Assembly (NCBI GenBank): GCA_038858525.1
Contig: JAWCFL010000005.1
Span: 47,942 to 79,941 of the forward strand
Reading direction: 5' to 3'
DNA length: 32,000 nt
Origin: Candidatus Jordarchaeales archaeon
GTDB lineage: Archaea > Asgardarchaeota > Jordiarchaeia > Jordiarchaeales > Freyrarchaeaceae
Shown here: piece by piece, positions 1 through 8,286 of the stretch
Numbering within the stretch: the stretch's first letter is position 1
Layout: the number at the start of each line of letters is the position of its first letter
Notes under the pieces: generated by a model
Told to the model about the DNA's origin: nothing
Databases searched by the model: none
The model's input: only the letters and a program-made list of their open reading frames with translations
Translations under genes and position numbers: made by a program

Positions 1-20
1 TCGAACCTATCTCTCCTCAT
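1..20 (-). CDS. Possible 5' end of a gene running off the left edge (MRRDRF...)
   Basis: ATG at 20 on the minus strand, directly preceded by a G-rich SD-like GGGGGAGG and an AT-rich upstream region. Too short to identify. Confidence 0.3.
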
Positions 21-427
21 CCTCCCCCCCGCAGCTTCTTCAATAGTTAAATTTCATTTATTTTGCATAAACACTGCCTCACATATTTGACTTGCACTCA
101 ATGTTAAGCCTCCCGCTTAATTTTCCGTAAATTTATTTTAACTTCAAATTTTGGATCAAATAACGCTACACTTTATTGTTAATTTTATTTATGTTACGTC
201 GCCATTAACTTTTTTATATGTCTTTAATGGTGTTGATTTAATGGAGTTGATACCGTTGTATTAACTTTCCGTCCTGCGTATTCTTTCTCTAGCAAAAATT
301 ATGATGATCTTTGGTGTAGGGCGAAACTTGCTTGATTAACGTTTTTTCTTGAAGGTTTAAGGAAAGGTTTTTATCTCACTTGTTCGGGTTTTCTTTAGGT
401 TAACTGTTGGAAAGGGAGGAGTTAAAT

Positions 428-1021
428 GTGCGTTTATGGTTACTTGATATTCTTGCTTGTCCGGCTGATGGATGTAAGCATTATCCATTAAAGCTTTCGA
501 TATTCGAGTGGGAGGACGATAGCGCAAAACGAATATTAAATGCAGGTGAGTCCTACGCTAAGGGTGATGTTGGAAATATGAAGAAAGAGTTGAAAGGTAG
601 CGTTAAAGTTGATAAAGCTAAGGAAATAGTGGAGGATGAGTTAGCTAGGTCGTCTATGGAAGTAAATAAGTATATCTCTCTCTTTAAGGAGAAAGTGAAT
701 AGCATTTTTAGGAACGTAGTTGTAGATGAAACTGGGGCCTCTACTCAGTTAATAAACGCGATAATTAACTTCAACCCTCCTTCTAGCCTTGATGAGCCGT
801 TCGAGAAAGCTATATACCTCGCTAATTGGCTTGCCTTCAAGGTGAACGTGCAAAGCGGGATTTTAGTTTGCGAGAAATGCGGCCGCTTCTATCCGATAAT
901 AGAGACGATCCCCCATATGTTACCTGACGACTTGAGAGACAAAAAGGAGGATAAAGAGTTCCTTTCGAAGTGGCGGAAGTTTGTTCCAAAAAAGATACTA
1001 GAAGCGGAAGGCATCACGTAG
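428..1021 (+). CDS. trm112: Trm112-like methyltransferase activator with a large internal insertion
   Basis: N-terminal (M)RLWLLDILACP and C-terminal GILVCEKCGRFYPIIETIPHML are Trm112 hallmarks. GTG at 428 follows GGAGGAG; the ORF track starts at 407. Confidence 0.8.
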   Translation: MRLWLLDILACPADGCKHYPLKLSIFEWEDDSAKRILNAGESYAKGDVGNMKKELKGSVKVDKAKEIVEDELARSSMEVNKYISLFKEKVNSIFRNVVVDETGASTQLINAIINFNPPSSLDEPFEKAIYLANWLAFKVNVQSGILVCEKCGRFYPIIETIPHMLPDDLRDKKEDKEFLSKWRKFVPKKILEAEGIT

Positions 1022-1033
1022 CTTCACTCCCCA

Positions 1034-2194
1034 CTAAAATAACGGGGCATACTTTGAAACGGTCTCTTTCATCTTTTTCACGGTCTCCTTGACCACTGCG
1101 AGTATCCTTTCCCTTTCATGGGTTAATGGTGGCTTATCCTGATCATACATGGTGTCAGGGTCCTTTGGCACATCACCAAGCTCAAGCGCCATCTTGATAT
1201 AGAGCTCCCTCCACGATGAAGGTGTATACTCCGGAGGTTTAACTCCCAGTAATTTACATGTCATCAGGGTCCACGCCTTAGCAGTGCATCCTATTTCATA
1301 TCCTCCCCCGCCAAAAAGTATCAATTTTCCATCAGTAGCCTCATGTGCTAAGTTATGAAGTGTCTCCATTATTTTTTCGTAGCAATCTAGCGTGAGTGCT
1401 TCAGTCGTTAATGGATCCCTGAAGTGAGTGTCAACACCGCATTGCTGCATTATCATGTCAGGTTCGTATGACTCCACAAGTGGAGGAACCACCTCGTTGT
1501 ATGCATAAAGGTAAGCCTCGGTAAACGTTAGAGGCGGCAGAGGAACGTTCACACAGTATCCTTTACCTTCACCTTCACCGACCTCGTCTATGAACCCCGT
1601 ACCGGGATACAGGAATCGTCCGTCTTCATGGAAGGAAACCGTTAGTACGCTCGGGTCGTGATAAAATGTCTCCTGAGTCCCATCTCCATGGTGGCAATCT
1701 ATGTCTACTATCATTATCCTTTTCAAACCATACTTCTTCTGAAGATACCTTGCAGTTATGGCGACGTCATTAAAAACACAGAAGCCAGCCCCCCTATCCC
1801 TAGCAGCATGATGCAGTCCTCCACCCGGATTGAACGCGTGAATCGCCTCCCCCTCCATGACTAGCTCAGCAGCTTTCAGTGAGCCGCCTACAAGCATCGC
1901 TGACGCACTAAACATCCCCTTAAAAGCTGGTGTGTCACCGTAATCCAAGTATCCTACACCTTTTTCATCCAACCTCTTGACGCGTTGCAAATACTCTTCA
2001 CTGTGAACTAACTTTAGCTCCTCCTCGTTTGCCATCCTAGCCTCTGCAACATAAAGATCAGGGTGTTCTAGAATTCCTATTTCCCTCATGAGTTCCAGCA
2101 TAAGTGTTAGCCTCTGAGGGCGTAGCGGGTGCTCAGGGCCAAGGAAATATTTAAGGTATTCGTCCGAGTAGACAAGTGCTACTTTTCCACCCAA
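1034..2194 (-). CDS. Zn-dependent histone deacetylase / AcuC family protein
   Basis: Motifs HPLRP, GGGLHHA, GFCVFND, DIDCHHGDG, SFHEDG..YPGTG, QCGVD, GGGGY. Confidence 0.93.
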   Translation of the reverse strand: MGGKVALVYSDEYLKYFLGPEHPLRPQRLTLMLELMREIGILEHPDLYVAEARMANEEELKLVHSEEYLQRVKRLDEKGVGYLDYGDTPAFKGMFSASAMLVGGSLKAAELVMEGEAIHAFNPGGGLHHAARDRGAGFCVFNDVAITARYLQKKYGLKRIMIVDIDCHHGDGTQETFYHDPSVLTVSFHEDGRFLYPGTGFIDEVGEGEGKGYCVNVPLPPLTFTEAYLYAYNEVVPPLVESYEPDMIMQQCGVDTHFRDPLTTEALTLDCYEKIMETLHNLAHEATDGKLILFGGGGYEIGCTAKAWTLMTCKLLGVKPPEYTPSSWRELYIKMALELGDVPKDPDTMYDQDKPPLTHERERILAVVKETVKKMKETVSKYAPLF

Positions 2195-2403
2195 TATAGG
2201 AGACCTCCATTCCTCTCTTTAAACTCGAAATTTTCTCCTTAAAAACAATGCACAAATAGACTAAGCGATAAATAAACCATCCTCCTTTTAGAGGATGCAC
2301 TTGGGCTTTAGCTATTTACTTAAGTTTAACATTGTGACGAATGAAAGTTAAAAATTGTATGGGTGGATACAATGAAGGAACTGCGAAAGCATTCGGAGGT
2401 TGA

Positions 2404-2430
2404 TTTGTTGATATATGTTTGTTGATATAT
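2404..2430. repeat. 13-bp direct tandem repeat TTTGTTGATATAT x2
   Basis: Exact copies at 2404-2416 and 2418-2430 in an AT-rich intergenic region. Confidence 0.6.
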
Positions 2431-2528
2431 AATAGGAACAAGTTTTTGTCTCTCGCTAAAGTAGACGAGTAGAAAAATTACACAGAAAAATGGTTAAACT
2501 CACAATTTTAAAAGAGAAAAGAAGAGCA

Positions 2529-2963
2529 TTAATGGACAACAAGTACGTCCTTGTCACTCCAGCGCATTACTTTCTGAGTAGTGCTTCCGAGAACTACGCG
2601 TTTGACGCCAGTTAGCCCCCTCGTTCCTATGGCTATAAGGTCGACGTTTTCATTGTTGGCTTCGTCAACTATTTTTTCTGCTGGGTCTCCGAAGGCTACC
2701 TTCTTCACAACGTCCTCTACTCCCTTCTTCTTGGCTTTTTTCTCGGCTTCCACGAGCAGTTTTTCAGCTGTTTGTTCTAAGTGACTTTTGACAAGGGCAT
2801 ACGACGACTCAGAGTATTGCTTCACTAATTCAAGCTCCTCAGTTTTTATGACGTTCAACAAGATTATCTGAGAGTTAAATGCCTTAGCGAGGTTTATCGC
2901 TTTATCCAACGCCCTCTCAGAGTATTCTGATCCATCTAAGGCGACAAGTATCTTCTTGTACAA
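2529..2963 (-). CDS. Universal stress protein (UspA family)
   Basis: YKKILVALDGS start, GDPAEKI, DLIAIGTRGLTGVKRVVLGSTT. Confidence 0.93.
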   Translation of the reverse strand: MYKKILVALDGSEYSERALDKAINLAKAFNSQIILLNVIKTEELELVKQYSESSYALVKSHLEQTAEKLLVEAEKKAKKKGVEDVVKKVAFGDPAEKIVDEANNENVDLIAIGTRGLTGVKRVVLGSTTQKVMRWSDKDVLVVH

Positions 2964-3011
2964 GCAACCACCCCAAAGAAGTAAGATTAATCTTTTTTTA
3001 AAATCTTATTC

Positions 3012-3284
3012 TTAGCCACCATGGGTTACACTCAGCACAGTTACAACGTCTCCATCGTTCACCTTTGTATTTAGCCCCTCGAGCACCCTTACATCTCTTT
3101 CGTTAAGCAATACAAGCATTCCCGGAGCCACTCCTCCTCCATTGACAACCATGCAGTAAGCCTCTTTACTAAGAGCTGACGAGAGGACGTCTCTAACAGA
3201 CGTTCCGTTCTCCACTTTTACATTTAAACTTCTGGCTCCAACTACTCTTGCTAGCCTTAATGGAAGCTCAACCTTAACCTCCAT
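3012..3284 (-). CDS. Ubiquitin-like beta-grasp protein (MoaD/SAMP/Urm1-like)
   Basis: About 90 aa, GMLVLLNERDVRVLEG...DGDVVTV and C-terminal THGG. ATG at 3284 follows GGAGG; the ORF track start is 3299. Confidence 0.85.
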   Translation of the reverse strand: MEVKVELPLRLARVVGARSLNVKVENGTSVRDVLSSALSKEAYCMVVNGGGVAPGMLVLLNERDVRVLEGLNTKVNDGDVVTVLSVTHGG

Positions 3285-3320
3285 ATGCCTCCCCGTCACA
3301 GCGCCAAGAAGTCATATACC

Positions 3321-3390
3321 GTCATCAGAGGAGATGCATCTCCTCACAGCCGAGCTACGGCTCAGAGTAGGTCAATCTCCTCATCAATTA
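3321..3390 (-). ncRNA. Putative box C/D guide sRNA
   Basis: Minus strand reads UUGAUGA (C, 3387-3381), 15 nt, CUGA (D', 3365-3362), GCCG-UAGCU-CGGC hairpin, UGUGA (C'-like), 15 nt, CUGA (D, 3328-3325). It fills a gap between ORFs and has a TATA about 25 nt upstream. Confidence 0.65.
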
Positions 3391-3408
3391 TACCGATGAA
3401 CGCTCAAA

Positions 3409-3416
3409 TCTATAAA
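3409..3416 (-). promoter_or_regulatory. TATA box upstream of the putative C/D sRNA
   Basis: TTTATAGA on the minus strand. The implied start site (about 3387-3390) coincides with the C box. Confidence 0.5.
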
Positions 3417-3424
3417 GCTAGCGT

Positions 3425-4594
3425 TCACCTCAACACTGCCCTAACTCTTCTTAAGGCTACGAGGGGAAGCGCCTCAAGTATGACTCTTCTGCATCCCTTA
3501 CGGCCAACGAGAAGGTCTGAGACTAATCTTTGAAGCAATTTTGACGTCACATCTAAACTCTCTCCGCCTCTTCTTTTAAGGAAGAGATCCCTAAGCCAAA
3601 GGCTCCATTTTAACTCGCCTCCAATCTCCCTCCTAAGTCGCTCACCATACTTCGTCATACAATTCCATTCTTCCTCGTAAGATTCAATTATGGTTTCAGC
3701 GCCCATTCTCCCGCTTTCCATCGCAAAATACATGCCCTCACCAGTTATCGCCGAAACCGCTCCCGCAGCATCCCCAAGAGCAATCCATCTCTCCCCACAA
3801 ATAGTCTTTAGAAGGCCTGAAAGAGGAACTACTGCGGTCTCGAACTTTAGAATTCTCCCCCCTTTAAGCTTGGGCTTTACTAAGGGGTGGCCTCTAACTA
3901 AATGGTCTAAGTAATTCTTGAGTGGGACTTTAACTTTTGAGAGTAGCGCCCCCACACCGACCACCAACGAATTTCTTCTCGGAAAAATCCAAGCGTAGCC
4001 AAAAGGTGAGACCTCGCTACCATAGTAGAAGAAGTTTCTGTCTCCGAACAACATATCAATATTCCCTTCACTGACCTCTATAATATACTGGACGCATAAC
4101 CCCAGCTGGTCTCTCCTCCATTTCCACCCTGAACTTCTCCTTGAAAGCGAGAAGACTCCATCAGCAAACACGACTGCGTCGCACTCGTAACTTCCGTTTC
4201 CATGGCAGGAAACACCTTGACTACTAAACAAAACCTCGTTCACTTTCTCCCCTCTGACAATTACCCCTCCCTCTCCCTCTACTCTTTCAGCTAAGTAGAG
4301 TCCAAGCTTTGTTCTGTCGACGTTCATCCCCACTCGCTCGTGATAGTCAACATTAAACTGCTTGTCGCCTACGGAAACGGCGACGCCATACAGCTCTCTT
4401 TCGGCAACATCCAAGCTAATTCTGAATTTTTTAACGGCTCTCTCGGTAAGCATTCCTCCACAAGGCTTCTCCCTGTTCGGCGTCTCCCTCTTATCAGTGA
4501 CCACCACTCTCAAACCGGCTTTCGCCAAGTGTTCACCGCAAATTAATCCAGCAGGTCCACCTCCCACGATCACAACGTCGGCTCTCATTTTCAT
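3425..4594 (-). CDS. Geranylgeranyl reductase family FAD-dependent oxidoreductase
   Basis: DVVIVGGGPAG, KPCGG, GYAWIFP, LGDAAGAVSAITGEGMYFAMESG. Confidence 0.88.
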   Translation of the reverse strand: MKMRADVVIVGGGPAGLICGEHLAKAGLRVVVTDKRETPNREKPCGGMLTERAVKKFRISLDVAERELYGVAVSVGDKQFNVDYHERVGMNVDRTKLGLYLAERVEGEGGVIVRGEKVNEVLFSSQGVSCHGNGSYECDAVVFADGVFSLSRRSSGWKWRRDQLGLCVQYIIEVSEGNIDMLFGDRNFFYYGSEVSPFGYAWIFPRRNSLVVGVGALLSKVKVPLKNYLDHLVRGHPLVKPKLKGGRILKFETAVVPLSGLLKTICGERWIALGDAAGAVSAITGEGMYFAMESGRMGAETIIESYEEEWNCMTKYGERLRREIGGELKWSLWLRDLFLKRRGGESLDVTSKLLQRLVSDLLVGRKGCRRVILEALPLVALRRVRAVLR

Positions 4595-4601
4595 TAATCC
4601 C

Positions 4602-5366
4602 CTAAACCTCTAATTCGGAGAGCGCCTCAAGAGCGGTTTCAACGGCATGATCGAGTCCATCAATCACTTTTCTACCTAGGCAGTCAAAGAAATCTTTTCC
4701 TTCAATAGGCTTATCGCTTACCGCCACTATTGCACCGCACTTGACGCCATAAATAGAGCACACTGCAAACAATGCAGCTGTCTCCATGTCTATTCCAATG
4801 CAGCCGGCCTCAACCGCCCTCCGCAAATCTTCCATTTCTCTAAAGAAGACGTCGGTCGTCCAGATTGAACCCAAATGCGTCCTCCAACCTTTGCTTAACG
4901 CCGCACTGAAGAGAACACTCGTCACGTCACGGCTTCCCTCGACAATGGCTTCATTAATGTACCGCTTAGAAGTCCCGTCCCCTGTAAAAGCCCTCTCAGC
5001 TACTATAAGATCACCCAGTTTAATATTCTCCTTAACGGCGCCAGCGAAATCGCTTCTCACCACTACACGAACACCCGCCCTATGAAGTGCCTCCAGTGCC
5101 ACAGCAGTCGCTGGACACCCTATTCCAGTGTGCACAATGGAGATGGCGACGCCACCATAATACCCGTGAAAGGTCTCTCCCCTCCTCTCAGCTTTTTCGA
5201 GGAGCCGAACTGCTCTCCTGGTAGCTATCCTCGTTGCAGTTAAGAGGACACGCCTTTCCACTTTACCCGGTCTGCAGCCGAGAATAGCGTAGACTTCTCT
5301 CACTTGTTTAGGAACTGCCCTCAGAAGACTAGCGGCCGCCTTCAAACAACCCCTCCGGTAATTCAA
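4602..5366 (-). CDS. Nucleoside phosphorylase (PNP/UDP family 1, DeoD-like)
   Basis: LGCRPGKV, TGIGCPAT, GSIWTTDVFFRE, GIDMETAALF, VSD. Confidence 0.82.
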   Translation of the reverse strand: MNYRRGCLKAAASLLRAVPKQVREVYAILGCRPGKVERRVLLTATRIATRRAVRLLEKAERRGETFHGYYGGVAISIVHTGIGCPATAVALEALHRAGVRVVVRSDFAGAVKENIKLGDLIVAERAFTGDGTSKRYINEAIVEGSRDVTSVLFSAALSKGWRTHLGSIWTTDVFFREMEDLRRAVEAGCIGIDMETAALFAVCSIYGVKCGAIVAVSDKPIEGKDFFDCLGRKVIDGLDHAVETALEALSELEV

Positions 5367-5394
5367 GATGGAACATGAAGCACAAGATGCGAAA

Positions 5395-6258
5395 TTATGT
5401 CAAGAAAGTCAAGATAACTTTCGCTTCGTCACTGAAGGCTCCCGAGAAGAAAATAAATTGGCGAAGTATTCTACTGGGCTCTGAGGGCTGTGGCACCCTA
5501 CCAGTTAAGCCATGAAGAGCTACGCTTATCGGGTCAAAGAACATTGCCGCCAACAAGAGTATGCACGCAGCCGTCATTATGCTAGTTAGCAACATGAGAA
5601 GAATGAAAGGTCTCCTAGCAATGCTTCCTTTAAAGCGTGTTGCCAGAACCGAGGCCATTATGGCCGTAAGAATAAGCGCATATATGGCGTACTGCCCTTC
5701 AACTGTAGCCAGAGTGATTATCAAGGTGAACATAACCGACGAGATAGCTATAGCCGCGTAGTCCGTCACTGCCAACTTCTCCTCTTCTCTATGCCACGCC
5801 TCCAGTAGTATTCCTCCCACCATAAGTCCGAAGAACCCTGTGTAAACAAGCTGATGCCCCAGTATTTCGTCAAGGTAATATGTCGGAACATATATCGCAG
5901 AAAGGTAGACGAGCACTTCAGGGCTGGTGGCCACCCTCGAAGCCATGAAAAGCATAATTTCGTTCTCAGCCATTGTAACCTCAACTTTATTTGCGGCAAA
6001 GTGCAAACCGTAGCCGACAAAGAACAGCATGAGAGATAAAAGGAGTAAAACATCCAAGGATGTCCTTTTCCATCCTTCTCTGCAGACACCCTTCGAGAGA
6101 ACTCTATAGAAGCCATAGAACATGAAAGCCATGTAGGGCGCTTGAACAGCAAGCTCGAACCATTCACTGAACCCGCCAAAGTTAGCCACAAAAGAAACTA
6201 TGAAGAACGACCCTATAAGCACCAGAGACCACTTAGCCACCTTATTCAATGGGACCAC
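5395..6258 (-). CDS. Polytopic membrane protein of unknown function
   Basis: About 7-8 hydrophobic segments; polar intramembrane motifs GYGLHFAAN, LDEILGH and TVEG. Confidence 0.75.
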   Translation of the reverse strand: MVPLNKVAKWSLVLIGSFFIVSFVANFGGFSEWFELAVQAPYMAFMFYGFYRVLSKGVCREGWKRTSLDVLLLLSLMLFFVGYGLHFAANKVEVTMAENEIMLFMASRVATSPEVLVYLSAIYVPTYYLDEILGHQLVYTGFFGLMVGGILLEAWHREEEKLAVTDYAAIAISSVMFTLIITLATVEGQYAIYALILTAIMASVLATRFKGSIARRPFILLMLLTSIMTAACILLLAAMFFDPISVALHGLTGRVPQPSEPSRILRQFIFFSGAFSDEAKVILTFLT

Positions 6259-6357
6259 CTCTCTTTAAGAGAGGCTTGCATATAAATTAGAGTTTCGCTT
6301 ACTTAAACACGATAAACTAAAATCTCTGTGGCCCCTTCATTTTAGGAAGGTGAAAAA

Positions 6358-6939
6358 ATGGAAGAGACAAATACTCTTAAAGAAACCGTTAAAGAACTAG
6401 ACCAATCGGCAAAGCTGATAAGAGACCTCGTATCCAACCTTATAAAGCTGAGGCATAGCCTCCTAAAAGCATACTCGGGCCTCAGTAAACTCTTAGAGGA
6501 ACCCGAACTCATGAAGCCAGCAGCCCCCTCACCTACGCCTCTACCCGCGCCCCCCTCGCCTCCGACACCCACCCCTCAACAAGCCGAGGAAGCCCCTTCA
6601 ACTCCTCCCGCAACTGCAGTTCTCCCTGTACAGCCTCCAGTCGCTCCTCCCACGGCACCCCACGCAGTTGAGGAGGTTCTCGTTGAAGGAGAAATGGCTA
6701 ATTTCGTAACAGCTTTCTCGGGGTCAATAAAGTCTGACCCGCATGTTTCCAATGTCATCAAAAAACTAAATGAGTTTAAAGAGAAAATTGAGAAAAAATA
6801 CGTTTACCACCCTGTTCTTTCAGAGGTCAAGCTAGCTATTTCGAAGCTCCAAGGCATGCCTGGGGATAGCGTGCTGAGCGAGAGTGACGTGAATGAAATT
6901 CTGAGAAAACTTTCGAACTGGGTTTCCCGGCTTTCATAG
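6358..6939 (+). CDS. Hypothetical protein: N-terminal coiled-coil, Pro-rich linker, C-terminal helical domain
   Basis: ATG follows GAAGGTGA; amphipathic helix aa 1-48, P/T/A-rich aa 54-101, helical C-terminus ending NWVSRLS. Confidence 0.75.
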   Translation: MEETNTLKETVKELDQSAKLIRDLVSNLIKLRHSLLKAYSGLSKLLEEPELMKPAAPSPTPLPAPPSPPTPTPQQAEEAPSTPPATAVLPVQPPVAPPTAPHAVEEVLVEGEMANFVTAFSGSIKSDPHVSNVIKKLNEFKEKIEKKYVYHPVLSEVKLAISKLQGMPGDSVLSESDVNEILRKLSNWVSRLS

Positions 6940-8286
6940 TTTTTTAGTGACCACTCTTACCTCGGAGAACCTTACTGAGGGAGAAACTAGGTAAGCGTAT
7001 TTTCTCACGTCATCCGCGACTCCATCGACTCTTTTAAGCATCTCATAGAAGTTATCTGCTATCATTACTCCCTTGGCCGCCCCGAGCACCTCTCCGTTCT
7101 TGACCACCCAGCATGGGTTTGCAACAACACTTATTTCCCCCGATACCGAGTTACTTGAGTGAGCTCCCTGCACATCCCAAACGATTAATCCATCATCAAT
7201 TTCTTCGATGAGCTTTTCACGGCTAAGAAGCCCCTTCTCTACTACAAGGTTTGTCGCAGCTATGTGTGGAGTCGAAGAATAACTCCCCCTTCCAGCATTA
7301 CCCGTCGACTCGACACCTGCCACGCCGCCCCAATAGTTGTCAAACAAGAACCCCCTCAGAACCCCCCTATCGATTATTACCTTTCTTTGACTTGGAACCC
7401 CCTCACCGTCAAAGGGAAAAGTGTTGAGCCCCCCCTCAAGTGTCCCGTCATCCATGACGTGAAGCAAACTTGATGCCACCTGCTCTCCGAGCCTCTCAGT
7501 ATATGGGGACCTTTCCCTTATCACGTTGTCCCCCGATATGGCCTGCAGAAAAGTGTAGCCGATCAAAGCGTGGAGAGCAGGGTGGGAAAGGATCACCGTG
7601 CACTGTCCTTGTTTCGCCTCTGCTTTCCGTAGGGACTCAACGGCCAGCCTTGCAGCTTCCCTTCCAACTTTCTCTGGATTTATTCTTTTGCTTCTTTGGA
7701 AGTCAAACTCGCTGCACTCGGAAGACACTTCTTCGCCATCCTTAGCTACCGTTCCAAGGGCGCATCCCATCACCGTTCCCTTAGCATTTACGTTTAAGCC
7801 GTGAGTGTTCATCACGGCTACTTCACCCCACTCACTCACCGTCACCCCCCAGTATGCTGAAACCTTGCTACTATAATCCGTCGCAGCGTTAAGCATTGTT
7901 TTGGCGTGCTCAACGAGCTCCTCCTCAGTCGTCTCACAAACCCTATTGTCAAATATTCCTGAGACTACAGTTGGCTTCTTCGGTGATGGTAGCCCCCTCC
8001 ACTTTTCGTCGGGTTTACTCGCCTTCGCAGCTTTGACAGCCCTCACTACAACGTCTTCTAGTTTGCTTCTCTCTAAGCTATTCGAGAAGCTGAAGCCGAC
8101 CGATCCCTTCACAACGACCCTTAATCCAACTCCTTGTTCGTCTGAGAAATGGCAGGAGGAAACCTGACCAAGGTTAACTTCAACTCTCAGTTCCCTGCCG
8201 TAACTATAATACACTTCCGCCTCATCCGCCCCTTGCCTCTCAGCGTAGCCGAGAATCCACTCAACCAACCCGGCTCTCTCACTCAA
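6934..8286 (-). CDS. tldE: TldE/PmbA family protein
   Basis: GADEAEVY, GVGLRVVVKGSVGFS, FPFDGEGVP, GNAGRGSYSSTPHIAATNL; lacks HExxxH and overlaps tldD. Confidence 0.9.
   Translation of the reverse strand: MSERAGLVEWILGYAERQGADEAEVYYSYGRELRVEVNLGQVSSCHFSDEQGVGLRVVVKGSVGFSFSNSLERSKLEDVVVRAVKAAKASKPDEKWRGLPSPKKPTVVSGIFDNRVCETTEEELVEHAKTMLNAATDYSSKVSAYWGVTVSEWGEVAVMNTHGLNVNAKGTVMGCALGTVAKDGEEVSSECSEFDFQRSKRINPEKVGREAARLAVESLRKAEAKQGQCTVILSHPALHALIGYTFLQAISGDNVIRERSPYTERLGEQVASSLLHVMDDGTLEGGLNTFPFDGEGVPSQRKVIIDRGVLRGFLFDNYWGGVAGVESTGNAGRGSYSSTPHIAATNLVVEKGLLSREKLIEEIDDGLIVWDVQGAHSSNSVSGEISVVANPCWVVKNGEVLGAAKGVMIADNFYEMLKRVDGVADDVRKYAYLVSPSVRFSEVRVVTKKL

Noticed and set aside
301-353. ATGATGA followed by TTGA elements as a C/D sRNA
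   Set aside because: There is no CTGA box, the spacer is too long, and the context is AT-rich.
130-410. Recurrent TTAAC(T/G)(T/G)T motifs in the left intergenic region; possible replication origin
   Set aside because: Spacing is irregular, matches are expected in AT-rich DNA, and there are no ORB boxes or cdc6/orc1 gene in view.
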